Assembly: GCF_006345805.1 (NCBI RefSeq) | Contig: NC_043005.1 | Location: forward strand, 106,454,001-106,518,000 | Source of the DNA: Octopus sinensis | Lineage: Eukaryota | Length of the DNA stretch: 64,000 nucleotides | Direction of reading: 5' to 3' | Part shown: positions 13,881 to 27,963 of the stretch, one piece after another | Layout: every line of letters begins with the position of its first letter | Position numbering within the stretch: position 1 is the first letter of the stretch | Program-made: the position numbers and the translations under genes | Notes under the pieces: model-generated | Database searches by the model: none | Told to the model about the DNA's origin: nothing | Seen by the model: only the letters and a program-made list of their open reading frames with translations

Positions 13881-15547
13881 TATTATTATTTTCATTATTA
13901 TTATTATTATCATTATTATGATGATTATGATGTGGATACTTTCTATGCCGCTTAAATCCTTTAAATAGTTGTTAATATTGTTGTTCATGTATAAGGTTTC
14001 ACTGCAACCATTCACTTCACCAATACTTCTTGTACTCTCCTTGTTTCATTACGCACCTTACGAAAACTAACTTGAAAGATTAACACATAACTAAATTCCG
14101 TCTCCAAGACGGTAATTATGGTGAAGTTCTTTGAAGACGGAATTTACAACAGAAGCAACGTTTTTGCGCTGCTTTTTTTTCGTGCACGAATTTTTCTTTT
14201 CTAGACATTTTAAAATGTTTGTTTTGCTTTCCAGTTTTATTTTTTTTATTACTTTGAAAAGATATTTTTTACGATTTAAAAAAATGATATATATATATAT
14301 ATATATAATTTTTTTTACCGAAATATCTTCCTTTTATTTATGTTTCTGATTATATTTAATTTCATCATTGTTAATATTTCTGTGGCTTGCAGAAAGTATT
14401 TCATATCTAATTGTTCAAAGTGCAAAATAGAGAAATAGAAAGAAAATAAATAAATAAGTAAATAAACAAATAAAGGAAAGGAAAAGAATTTCATGCGTAA
14501 GTATAGACATTTTTTCATTCAAATTTTGAAGTACTGCAGTAACTGCACACAGAGACACACCCTTAGACAAGCTAAAAATAATGACGTTAATAAAAAGAAA
14601 CATAAATAAAAAATTCGTTGCAGAAAACATTGAAGTAGAGATTCTTGAAGAAAAAAAAGGAAGAAAGAAAATGTCCTTAAACCGAAACTAAGAATTGTAT
14701 TGGAAAGTTTGAAAAAGATATTTAAAAAAAAACAATTATGCATCAAATAAATATAATGCATATGGATGTCGTTTATGACTGTCTATACATATATACACAT
14801 ATATGCATATATGTATGAACATACACGCATAAATATATACATGTACTTATATGTGTATATGTATTATAATACAATGTATATGTGTATATATCTATACATA
14901 CACACATATATTAAACACGCACATATACACACGTATAAGCACACATATGTATCATTGATACGTACGTATATATGCGTGTGTATATATGTGAGTACACGCG
15001 TTTAACAGTGACACCGCATAACTGTATCTGTAGTCTTGTGTAAGTGCGATTTTGCATAATGAAATACAATGAATGGGGGGAGTGTGAACATGAAAAAGAA
15101 AAGAGGAGGAAGAATAAGAAGGAGAGGAAGAAGTGAAAAGAAACACGTAACATTTTTTTGTTATCGTGTAAAAATACAGACGTTTTTAAATAGTGGCCTT
15201 AAAGCAAAATGAAATCGTGAGCAACAGGGGGAGATCATCACCATATTGGGATCCACCGAACAATAATAGAAGTAGAAGGATTAATAACAACAACAAAAAT
15301 TGCAATGACTGTGATGAAGAAAATATGAACAACAAAAATAAAAATAACAACAATTATAGCAAAGTGAACAATGACAAAAGCAACAAAAATGGCTGTTATG
15401 ATAAAGGGAGAGAAAAAAAATAAAATAAGAAAACTTAGAATAATTTTTGAAAATTCATTGAAGAATAAGAATGTAAGAAACACTCACAGACATACGTAGG
15501 CATTTACGTGATTTGTGTGTGGTGTTCAAATATATATATATGAATGC

Positions 15548-15612
<65 letters not shown>

Positions 15613-15716
15613 GTATATGTGTATTTGTATGTATATATATACATATATATGTATAAATACACACATATATGCATATTTATATACATACACACACATATAT
15701 ATATATCTACTTATAT

Positions 15717-15747
<31 letters not shown>

Positions 15748-16149
15748 TATATGTATGTATGTATGTATGTATGTACGCACGCAGTTACCCACACAGATAT
15801 TTTGCATTCATTTTCGTTCAAAAGATTTTTTGCTCAATTTTTCTCTTTTTCTAGTTTTCTTTACCTCATAATGTTTCTTTTGTATTGTCTCACGACTTTG
15901 ACTTCACACAAATGTTAATATTTCTTTTTATATATAAATGTGATTCAGGGGAGTGAAATAGTTTACATGAATACTTAATTTAAAATTATATATTTATATG
16001 TAGCCATATTACTTAATTTTATATATTTTTTTTGCTACATATTTCTCGCTTTTTCTTCCTTGTTCTGCATCGTTGTTGTTATACCTCTCTAGTCCACATA
16101 TTTGTATGGAAGTTATACAGTCAATTGAATTGACGTAATTGATGACTGG

Positions 16150-17095
16150 TACTTATATTCTTAGAATCAAGGCAGATTTCACTCGTGGTCGGATTGGAGG
16201 AGGTAAAAGTTTTCGTAAGCATGAGAAACACTGGAAAGTGTTTGGTGTTAGATCGAATGCCGCCAAGTAGCGCAAAATTGCAGACAATATTGCGTACACA
16301 ACAGTGGGAAGCCTAAACTAGTGGTACCCAAATGACGTAGAAAATAGCGAACCACGTTGTGTGTTTATAGCTCGATGTTTTAGCTAGAAATGAGGTGGAA
16401 GAATTTCAAGTAGGGGTGAGCATATTTATGGTGAGTGGAATGGTATGAAATAAATTAGCATGAGGAGTTGGATTTAGCGGGTTTTTTAAAATGATAGAGT
16501 AAGAGAGAATGGGATGATCATTAGTGATGGAGCTGTCTTAGAAGGTTACAGAGAAAGTTGGGCTGGTGATGCAAATCTTAGGAAAACAATCTAAGGAAAA
16601 CAATGGGATATTGAGCTGTTGACGGGTCATCGATGTGGCTTTGATATAGTTGGTAGTGAACAGTTGTATGGCTTTGGGGTGGGGAACGATAGAAAAAGGT
16701 ATGAACTGCAACAAGACAAAAAAGATTCAAATCAGGTTGGCGTGTTAAAGGACTAATTTAGTGCCCATGGTCACACCAGTTAACCGGAAAAAGTCCCGGA
16801 AAGGGAAAGAATAGTTGGTGTGAATGAATTTGCTAATGCAGAGAGGTATAGATCTGAAGGTTTCAAACACATTGGTAGTAATTTGACAGCAAGGTGTACA
16901 TGAATGTGAAGGATGACGGTATAAATGGATGAACATACATACTGAAAAGACACTGGGTTTAACAAGGGCTGGAGAAAGAGTTGAAGGGTCTATGGGTTCG
17001 GTTGGTGTCTTAGATGTATAATGGGAAGCCTACCATAAAGTATGAGAAGTACTAATCGAAGCAATCGGAGACGACTGCGATTGGGTATTTGCAGG
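16150..17095 (-). mobile_element. Probable highly decayed LINE 3' region
   Basis: Purine-skewed complex block with weak resemblance to LINE ORF2 C-terminal motifs on the minus strand (PKAIQL, HTNYSFPF). Many stop codons. Confidence 0.3.
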
Positions 17096-17743
17096 CAGGA
17101 AATGATGCAGTAATCTCAATACACACATATATTGCAAAAAAAGTACACAGGTACCCAGCTCTTACACACGCAGCAACACACATTCGTTGCCGTTACCCAG
17201 CACACATGCATATACAGTCTATTCACAGACTTTACTTCCTATTCTTTCATTCTTATAAAAAGAAACACATACATAGCACTACTAAGTATACACCCGTTTA
17301 CCTACCAACCTACCTACCTACCTACCTACCTACCTACCTACCTACCTACCAACATATTTACCTATAAATACTCACACACACATACATAAAAACACTTATG
17401 ATACTCACATATAATTCATAATTACTTACCTCCCTTAGCACGCTCTTTTTTGTTCTAAACTTTCATTCTACAACTTCTATTCTATCCGCTTCCATCCTAA
17501 CATCAGCACTTTTGACATCAGTATTCATTTGCGCACAATTTTTTCCCAGGATCTGTAGGTGTGAATATATGGAAATACACACAGAGACACATGTATGTAT
17601 GTATGTATGTATGTATGTATGTATGTATGTATGTATGTATGTATGTATGTATGTATGTATGTATGTATGTATGTGTATGTGTGTGTGGTGTGTGTGTGTG
17701 TGTGTGTGTTGTGTGTGTGTGTGTGTGTGTGTGTAGTATATAT

Positions 17744-17788
<45 letters not shown>

Positions 17789-18817
17789 CTGTATAGACAT
17801 GAATACGTGACTACATACGTGTGTGCACGTTTGTATATATTGTTAAATTTCGCAAAGAAAAACATGCTAAATATTGTTGAAAAAATTATTTTTATCTTAT
17901 AAATTGCTGTAAATTTAGAAAAGCAGTTTTTAAGGCTAAATTGCTGGTAGTTTATGCAGAGAAAGGATTTCTTTGGAAACGATTCTTGTGTCAAAAGGAA
18001 TGACAAAGCAGCTTTATACATAAAATATTCATTGTGTTATTAGATTTCAAAGATGTTCTGAGGCCATGTTTCAAATATGTTTTCCTTGTATTTTGTAAAA
18101 GAGATGTCTGTTTAAGGATTTAAGTGGATAAAGAATATTTTCAATTTTATAAAATTATAGCCTGCAGCTGTTGATAGGATAAACATGATGCTTAAATACT
18201 GAGAAGAAAAACGTTTTTTTTTGTCAAAGATTGACTGAATAACGACAATCAGCGTATGTTTTTTGATAAATGCTGACAGGATGTCTAAAAGTAATGCTTG
18301 TTAACAAGATTGACACAGAATATAGAAGCGTGTATGACACAGAATATAGAAGCGTGTACGACACAGCCTGTACATAAGAGTTAGATATATGCGACATATA
18401 CATACACACCTATGCACGTACATACACACGCACAATTACACTCTCACAGTTACACACACATGCTCATACATACATTCATTCATTCACTCATTCGTACATA
18501 CATACTTACACTGACTAGAAGAAAACAAGCAGTTGATCTCAGGTCCTACCTGATTGAGTATACTCCGAAAAGAGTCAAACAAACCATGACCATCACGTCT
18601 TCCTCTCGAGTGGTGCGCATTCATTAATAGATCACATCTTCACATCCTTTATTAATTCCCTTTTTAGACACATGGTGTAATTTGAGTTATTTTGTTTACT
18701 CGTGGGTCTCCCACGTTGATTTTGTTTCACCGTTGGTTCATTAGAGACAGTTAACAACACTTCACTTAGTCTAGTTTAATACTGGTGTCATATTAAGACA
18801 CGCAGCCAGTAAGTTCA

Positions 18818-19175
18818 GGGGAGGGGTAAGACGATTACATCGACCCTAGTGCTCAGCTGGTACTTATTTTAATCGACCCTGAAAGGATCAAAGGCAAAAT
18901 CGACCTCGGCGGAATTTGAACTCGGAACATAAAGACGTACGAAATGTTGCGAAGCATTTTACCCGAAGGCGGCGAGCTGGCAGAATCGTCAGCGCGCCGG
19001 GAACAATACTTAGCAGCATTTCGTCCCTCTTCATGTTCTGAGTTCAAATTCTGCCGAGGTCGACTTTGCCTTTCATCCTTTCAGAATAATAAAATAATTC
19101 AGCTTAGAACTGGGGTCGATGTTCCCAGCCCCTTCCCTGAACTTGCTAGCCGGGTACCAAAATCTGAAGCCAATA
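18818..19175. mobile_element. Two family C SINEs in head-to-head orientation
   Basis: A minus-strand copy at about 18818-18965 abuts a plus-strand copy starting ggcggcgagctgg at 18968. Confidence 0.8.
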
Positions 19176-20242
19176 TTAAGTAAGCCTGAATAACCGCTAC
19201 ACACCGAAAGAACACCGAAGAATTAAATATTTTGCTCAAATATATTTTTCGTTTGCAAGAAAGGATTCTTGACTACTCATAAATATAACGCAATCGAAAC
19301 AAAAGGGCGAAGAAATCTAAAAATCCTTGAAATTCAGGAAACATGAATAACTACTTAGAATTTTTTTGTTGTCGCTAAACATCAGCAGAAACGAATGACA
19401 ACAACAGTGTTTAAACTTGCCTAAAGACAGGAAACATAACCATAGAGTTTCAATAAAGAGTAAACCAGGGAAGGAAGAACACAGAAACTATAATTTTTGC
19501 GGGATTAAGTTAAAATTGCTTACATTTAATTACAGATTTAATAAATAGCAATTAATAACAGAGACAGTTCATTTACTAACTTAAAACCATTTATAACATA
19601 GGGAAAGATACCTTGATTTCTTTTAACAAGAATTTTACAATTTAATGAAATATTGCAAGGGCAAAATCTTTGCATACGCATACACACACAGACACAGAAA
19701 CACACACACAGACACACACATTTATATATATGTGTGTGCCTGAACACATATATACAAATGCGTATTTACACAAACACAGACATATACACATACACACGCA
19801 CACGCGCGCACACACACGTACACATTCGCATATGTACATATACATATAAAATAAGGAAAATATAAATATTCAATAGATATTGCATGTATTTTCATTTGTA
19901 ACAGGTTCAACCAAAGAATTATTTGAAATGTTCTAAACCTACAACATCAACAACAAATTCGATAATAACAATCAATGCATTATACGGAACACTAACATCA
20001 GAGGGCAAATTTAAATCAAATTATAAAGGAGATAAAGTTGAAGAATTCAGGAAATTCTTAATTATATTAATCTAACTTAAGACTCTCAAAACTGCAGGAC
20101 ATATCTGATGCAATCTCACCAAATATATATTTCTCTGAAAAAGAAAAAAATCTTTGGAAATGTATACACACTTCAAAATAGCTTTAGAATGTTCATGGAA
20201 TTTATTAATGTCTATGATTAATTTAATTTCGATCTAGAAAAG

Positions 20243-20280
<38 letters not shown>

Positions 20281-20956
20281 ATATATATGTATATATATAT
20301 ATGTATATATGTACATTATATGTATATATATGTATATATATATATACATTCATACACAAATATATATATTTGCATGAGTGTGTTTATGTATGAACTATCT
20401 CTGTCTATATATCTGTATATCTATCTATACATCTGTCTATCCGCTTCCCCCTCACTCTCTATCTCTTACTCTATCTCTCTACACAAACACACACACACAC
20501 ACATATATATATACATTTATATATATATAAAAGAAAAATATCAGAATTCCCAACGTATACAGTGGAGTATAGTATATTTGAAATGATGAAGTCCGTTATT
20601 GATAATACACCATAACTATATGTCTCGGGCTCAAATAATGACAAGGTAACATGAAAGGAAACAATCTATTTTTAAAATATATAGAACTCTTAAGCTATAA
20701 GTATGCAGTTTTAAGTTTTGCGGAAAGATTAGAACGTTGTCGAAATAACAACCCATTATTTAGAAATCTTGTTAAGTTAATTATTTCACAAAAGTAATAA
20801 GAAACAAAAGATGCAGGGCCTAAAATAATATTTTGATAAGGAACTGGGAAGAAATTAAGATACTATGGAAATTATTATGAAAACTAAAGGTTTCAAAACT
20901 GACATAGCAACGATTGTATTATTATAGAGAATCAGTTATTATATTACTATAAAGTA

Positions 20957-21468
20957 CCGTAAATCCTCGAGTATAGTCCGCCCTTGAGTATAATACGCAG
21001 AAGATTTTTAGGGGGCTGTACCTCTGAAAAACCAATATAATACGCATCCCTTCTCTAACTTGAGTTGTGCGTAATTAAGCCAGCAGCACCTAGTCGAACA
21101 AACACTTCCGCGCATGCGTAATACAATGATGGTGATGTTCTTAACTGTTATATGGGAATGCAAATATGTTTTCAAATTGTTTTTGTTACATGTTATTCTG
21201 TGTTCCGAATACTTTTATTTTAATAACTGTTGCTTACTGCAAGTTATGGATGATTCTTTTATGACATCATTGATTTCAAGCTTAGCTTAAGGTATTTTCG
21301 CGCCCGACATCACAAAATGCGTCTGAATAAATATTGCCGCACAGCAAATAGAGACTCGGACACTGCTTAGAAAATATTTTTCATTTTTAACCTCGTATAT
21401 AATACGCACTAGGGATTTTGACATTTAAATGTTGGGGAAAAATGCGGATTATACTCGAGGATTTACGG
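20957..21468. mobile_element. Tc1/mariner-superfamily (pogo/Tigger-like) MITE
   Basis: TIRs CCGTAAATCCTCGAGTATAgTCCGC / GCGGAtTATACTCGAGGATTTACGG, with TA on both flanks (20955-56 and 21469-70). Confidence 0.9.
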
Positions 21469-21924
21469 TATATATTTAAATTAAGAAACTGACACGACTG
21501 TGTTAATTGTTGTGGAATAAATTAACTTTGATTAAATAGTGTTATAATAAGGCATGTGAGGGATTAATTGTCGGAGTGGTAATATTTCCTGCCAAAATTA
21601 TCTGACATTTAAATAATCTGCTTAATTAGTATTTTTATAGAGTATGAGACTACTTTGAAGTAAGTTTAACCTGCAACGCTGAGTATAGTATAGTATTTCG
21701 TAAACTCTCCCTATATATATATGAACTGACACACACATATATATATATATACACATACACATATACAAATTCATATACATATAGATAAATACTCTACACC
21801 CAGGCGTACATACATACATTCACACACACACAAACGCGCACGCACACACACACACACACACGCACACACACACACACACAAACACACGCATATAAGCCAA
21901 CGAACGGCAACATTTCGAAGTCAC

Positions 21925-22102
21925 TGTCAGATTTTTCATGTAAAAATAAAATCAACAAATTTCATAGCTACTCAGAAAGTTCTTTCAATTAATGTTTCAT
22001 ACATTTTAGCTCTGAACTTTTTTTTACCGCATTTGTGCATAAAAATATGTATATGTATGTGTGTGTATACATGTGTTCATATGTATATATATCTAAAGTA
22101 TA

Positions 22103-22146
<44 letters not shown>

Positions 22147-22160
22147 CATACATACAAACA
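21925..22160 (+). repeat. Direct duplication, copy 1 (copy 2 at 23246-23465)
   Basis: About 200 bp of near-identical non-microsatellite sequence starting catgtaaaaataaaatcaacaaatttcatagctactcagaaagttc. Confidence 0.9.
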
Positions 22161-22251
22161 TCACGTAAGGATTTTGTGTAATTGCTCGAGGAACCAGCTG
22201 ACTGTTCAGTCAAACTGCAGGCAGTGTACTGGTTGCTTTTTATATGGTATC

Positions 22252-22397
22252 TATTTCTTTACTACCCGCAAGGGGCTAAACACAGAGAGGACAAACAAGG
22301 ACAGACAAACGGATTAAGTCGATTACATCGACCCCAGTGCGTAACTGATACTTAATTTATCGACCCAGAAAGGATGAAAGGGAAAGTCGACCTCGGT
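22252..22397 (-). mobile_element. SINE family C, 3' half
   Basis: Matches 55926-56070. Confidence 0.85.
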
Positions 22398-23141
22398 CTT
22401 TTTTCTTATATATATATGAAGGAATATTATAGGTGAAGTGTCGTTAACAATTAGGTTCCATGATACATTAATTCCTGAGTTTTAGACTTTGGTAGAATTT
22501 ATTATTAAGGGTGACTGCGTTCGTATTTCTACATATTAGCTAACCACATCTCATTAAGTAGTTTTGCTGGTTATCAAGTTTGCCAACGGGAACTTCACTG
22601 TAAGATTATTTCTATCAAAAACAACGTTCCGCTTTGTTGCTAATATGGGAAATCCGTATTTATTAAGGCTGCGAAATAGACTCAAAGGGCGTATAAGTGA
22701 TTCTCTAGTCGACTCGTTGATTTGTCGTAGATTACACATTTTTGCCAGCCGAATAAACTGGAACAACGTAAAGTGAAGTGTTTTGTTCAAGAACACAGCG
22801 CATCCAGGAATCGAAACCGCGATCTTATGATCATGAATACAACACTGTAAACAGCAAGTCACGAGCATCCACGTGAAACTTATAGCAGATATAAATTTAC
22901 ATTATAGAAGAAATAGCGAGTTTAACAAGGAAATTGGGTTGCACCAGCTGGATGTTAGTAACTCATTTACCTATACCGAAAGGTAAAGTTTCTTTCGGCG
23001 CGATTTGGACTGAACCACAGGAAAAAAAGCTACCAGAAACTCCAGCAATTCCGTCGATTTACAGCATGTGTCTTGTATCGCCATGATAGATCGTTAGCCA
23101 GTACACACACATTTTTTCTCTCCTTGTGTTTTTCGGTGTCA

Positions 23142-23177
23142 CTTTCTGTAGAAGAGCGTAGGCTCGAAACGTAAAAG
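23142..23177 (+). ncRNA. Minimal type I hammerhead-like motif, variant core CUGUAGA
   Basis: Reads cttt-CTGTAGA-a-GAGC-gtag-GCTC-GAAA-C-GTA-aaag. Stem I is 4 bp, stem II is 4 bp with a tetraloop, stem III is the palindrome ACGT, and the cleavage triplet is GUA. Confidence 0.65.
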
Positions 23178-24112
23178 ACCTTTTCAATTCCTGAGCGTTA
23201 TACTAATACATCTGTTTGTTTTGTACACCACCTGTCATCGTGTTTTGTCAAATTTTCCATGTAAAAATAAAATCAACAAATTTCATAGCTACTCAGAAAG
23301 TTCCTTCAATTAATGTTTCATACATTTTAGCTATGAACTTTTTTTTACTGCATTTGTGCATAAAAATATGTAAATGTATGTGTGTGTATACATGTGTTCA
23401 TATGTATATATATCTAAAGTATATGTATATATATATATATATATATACATATACATGCATACAAACATATCTATATGTCAGACACATGTACGTCTACATA
23501 TATACATATATACATACATATGCATATACGTGTGTAAATGTATAGATATGTCTGTACTATATATATATATATGTATGTATTTATATATTATATATATATG
23601 TATATACATATACATACATATATTATGTAAGTATATATATATATATGTATATACATATACATACATATATATATATATATAAGTATATATACATACACTT
23701 ATATTCAATAATTAATTATATTCACTCAGTGCGATAATACCTCTTCTATTAAGTTTTAATTACTTATTTGTTTTTACCGAAAGGTGAAAAAAAAACAAAA
23801 AACAAAAGCAACAAAAAAAAAACAGGACAAAACAAAACACATTACATAAAGGAAGAATGTAAGTGCACATTACTATAAACATGGCTTCCAGGCAAACAGT
23901 TATGTGATGCGGAAAAGTCACCGTAAGCATTCCTTTCACTTTACATCACTGTACACACATACACACACGAACACAAACACACACACGAGCACACGCACAC
24001 GCATACACACACAAACAAACATACATGTAAACATTCACACACATACAGATATATATATATAAATATATATATATATAAATATATTTATATATATATATAT
24101 ATATTATAATAT

Positions 24113-24143
<31 letters not shown>

Positions 24144-24192
24144 AGATATATATATATATATAATAAAGATATTATATATATATATATATATA

Positions 24193-24227
<35 letters not shown>

Positions 24228-26462
24228 TATGTATGTGTGTGTTGTGAATCTATACACACACACATATATACGTGTGTGTATATATAAATATGTGTGATAC
24301 ACTTTTACAAACACACTCACACATAAACATATGTATATACAAGTATACATACACAGACACACACAGACATACACATACACACAAACATTCACACACACAC
24401 ACACACATGAATATATGTATTTTTCCGATATAGGTTTATGTGCACGGCATGTATGTACTGCAGGCTAAAAAAGGAAAAAAAGTAGATGAGAAAAATAGAA
24501 ATCTTTCGTTTAATGTATCGGCTAATGAATTGTAAGAGACATACTTTTTAGCAAACATCACTAATCAACCAGAAAGTCTATCATAGTCAATTTATTTAAT
24601 TTATCAATAGTAATAAAGTGGAAATATAAGATTCTTGCTGTGAAATATTTAGATATATTTTTCACAGAAATATTTTTGTTTTCATGTCGGGACTTTTAAG
24701 TAAGTTATTCCATACAGTGTATCGGAGGTTAGGAAATAGCTTAGGTGACTACAAGTATATAACCATGTATGTATGTATGTATGTATGTATGTATGTATGT
24801 ATGTATGTATGTATGTATGTATGTATGTATGCATGTATGTATGTATGTATGTATGTATGTAGGTATGGATGCATGTATGTATGTATGTATTTATGTATGT
24901 ATGTGTGTGTGCGTGTGTTCATTAATGTAAGTATGTACTTACATATATATACAGAAATGTATATACATAAATATATATTTTTGTGCAAGAGAGGAACCAA
25001 ATGAAAACAAACCCTCGACGCTGTCCCCCCTCTTTCTCTCACTAATATATATTATATATATATATATATATAATATATATATATATATACACACACAGAG
25101 GGAGAGAAAGAGAGACAGATAGACAGTGGCAGAGAGACAGAAAGAGATAAAAGTATTTGTGTGTATGTATGTGTTATATCACGGTAAGTTTCCGGAACAG
25201 TGCTCCTCTAGAAAAATGGATTTCATTTTCGAATTCTACGTTCAAGGAGGTTTTCGATTATCATTAATCAATATAACTTACTACAAGAAATAACTCAACT
25301 TTCAGATCGTCAAATCTACCTTTCTCTAATGACTTATCCTTCTGCCCATCTTTTACGCTCTTAGCCCTCACTCTATATCTATATATACAAGACCGAGTTT
25401 ATGTGCGTATGTGTGTGTGTGTGTAATTGCTTTCATTTTATTTAAAACTTCGTCGTAATGTTTTTGCTTTCATTTTGTGATATACTGAAACTGCTAGCTT
25501 CCAAATCTTGTTCTGTGATTGGGTAAAAATTATGAAAACTTTGTAACATTTTCCGAAAGTTTTTCTAGAATAAACGAATCATAAAATTGTATTCAGCATA
25601 AAGACATATCAATATATCAAATTTGAAAATTTTCACTTATAAAATTTCAAAATCTGTAAGAGCAGCACAAAAGACCGGTCTCTCTCTCTCTGTCTTTTAC
25701 GCTTTCCTCGCGGTAAAATTTCACCTCTCCTAACCACTTTTCTCTCTCTCTCTATATATATATATATATTACTTACGCTGTGTGTGCGTATGTTTGTACG
25801 TGAGCGTGTATTTGTGTATGTGTGTGTGTTTATGTGCGTCCGTGTCAGTGTATGTGTATGCATGTGTGTAAGGAATTTCATTAGGGTGAGAGAGTTGAGA
25901 GACTTTCACAAAGGATCAGCGGTGAAGTCAGAAGACATCCAAACAGAGAAGGAATAGACCTAATGATATGAGAACACGAGCCTTCGTCGCACGGTCAGAG
26001 AAGAGACCCGTGCACAGGGTGCATTGATTAGATGATAAGTGCACAAGAGCTTTCATCACACAAACTCAGGAAACGATGTTCCATTTCACAGTCAAACGAC
26101 TTCAATTTCTTATGAGACTTAGTTTTGTCAACAAATCGCAAAACCAATCATTTTCAGATGACGGTTTACACCTTGAAGAGCCTTGCTTCACCCTTCGTCA
26201 GCTTTACGTTGGATGTTCGAGAGTAGGAAGTTACAAAAATCGTTACATCTAGACATCAAATGGAAAAACAACGAAAAAAAAATTGCTTTGCTTATCGAGA
26301 GATTATAAATTGTTCCCAATAATGCCGAAATCCGTCCTGATCAAGAAGCTTCGCTGTCAGAGAAGACATGGTCTAACATAAATATATTGAAATAAAGGTA
26401 ATCTATTGTGAAAATTACCTGGCGACAACGAGATACTTGGCTAGTGTGCGTGTATACATACA

Positions 26463-26549
<87 letters not shown>

Positions 26550-26586
26550 ATGTCTGTCTGTCTGTCTCTCTGTCTCTCTCTGTCTC

Positions 26587-26626
<40 letters not shown>

Positions 26627-26645
26627 ATATATATATATATATACC

Positions 26646-26681
<36 letters not shown>

Positions 26682-26752
26682 TATATATATATATTATAAT
26701 ATATATATATGATAATATAATGCATATAATATAATATCTGTATATATGTATA

Positions 26753-26851
<99 letters not shown>

Positions 26852-27109
26852 TCCTGAATTGAACTGCAACTGCTAGCCGCCACTGACCATTCAAAATACG
26901 ACCATCAAGGCACTCCCAAATTTTTCGACCCCCTCTCCTCATCAACCTTCTTCTTCTTCTACCCTACCTAGAATTCACAACGGCCTCGAACACACAAGTG
27001 CAAACAATGGAGACAGAGAAAGGCAGAATGCCACTTATATTTGAACACTATACAAATATTCCCTTAAAAAAACTTTTCTTTTAATTTTTCTAAATTTAAT
27101 TATTTAATC

Positions 27110-27153
27110 TTTACAGTTGAAAAGGTCTCAAAATGACCGAAACCGGTACTAAA
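27110..27153 (+). ncRNA. Minimal hammerhead-like motif, U3-A8 variant core UUGAAAA
   Basis: Reads tttacag-TTGAAAA-GGTC-tcaaaat-GACC-GAAA-CCG-GTA-ctaaa. Stem III is the palindrome ACCGGT and stem I is imperfect. It lies in a ~350-bp element flanked by (TA)n on both sides (about 26850-27205). Confidence 0.55.
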
Positions 27154-27228
27154 TGTTCTTTATAAAATTATTTTAGCATTTTCTATTTTGACTTGTTTTT
27201 TCATATATATATATATAATATAATATAT

Positions 27229-27262
<34 letters not shown>

Positions 27263-27291
27263 CCTATATATATATATATTATATACATCAA

Positions 27292-27963
27292 CAGAGTGTC
27301 CAATACAGTGTATAATACGTTAACAGTTGATAACTCACTTAATGTTCCATATTTCTTTCTAAATTTAGCCATTAGAAATAATGAAGGCTGCCAATCTAAG
27401 CATTAAACAAAGGAAATTTATTCTAAAATGCTAATAGAATTTCCAAAACGTTCTCGAAGTGCAAAGACAGTTTAGGAAGGAGTTTCAAACAGATCACGCT
27501 ACGCGAACATCATTGGAATTAGAGATAAGTTTGAAGCAAATGAAACTGTTCAGGGGTTTAGAGTTTTGATCGAAAACATTCCGGAAGACTGCAGGTATGG
27601 ACTTTGTGTACCAGACGAAAAGGGTCATTAGAATATCCTCCGCGTTTACCGGACATCACGCCAAAACAATTGTTAAAGGAGACAAAAGTCAATATTAAGT
27701 TACAAAAACGACAATTGAAGGCAACATTTGAAGGAAAATGCGCACAAATACCGAACGAAATGTTGTTTTTATATTTGCAATCCCAGTGATTTGCGTTATC
27801 ATTTGAGCTTAGACGAGAACGACCATTAATTTGAAAACTGGCGCTCGTAAATAAGTTGAACATTGTCTTTAGATTTTACTAAATTTTGAAATTGAAATAT
27901 ATTTAAATAGGCACTAACTTTATAATCGTTCAATGTGTGTATACATTTTGTTAGGACACTGTG
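27292..27963 (+). mobile_element. Internally deleted Tc1/mariner-superfamily transposon (DUF4817-type HTH)
   Basis: TIR-like ends cagagtgtcc / ggacactgtg. Decayed transposase reads MKAANLSIKQRKFILKC**NFQNVLEVQRQFRKEFQT...IRDKFEANETVQ, then RRKGSLEYPPRLPDITP (compare WPPRSPDLTP). Confidence 0.8.

Noticed and set aside
14092-14147. 12-bp inverted repeat taaattccgtct/agacggaattta
   Set aside because: Short and isolated, with no TSD, second copy or motif.
18312-18367. 24-bp tandem repeat gacacagaatatagaagcgtgta
   Set aside because: Ordinary local duplication of about 2.3 units.
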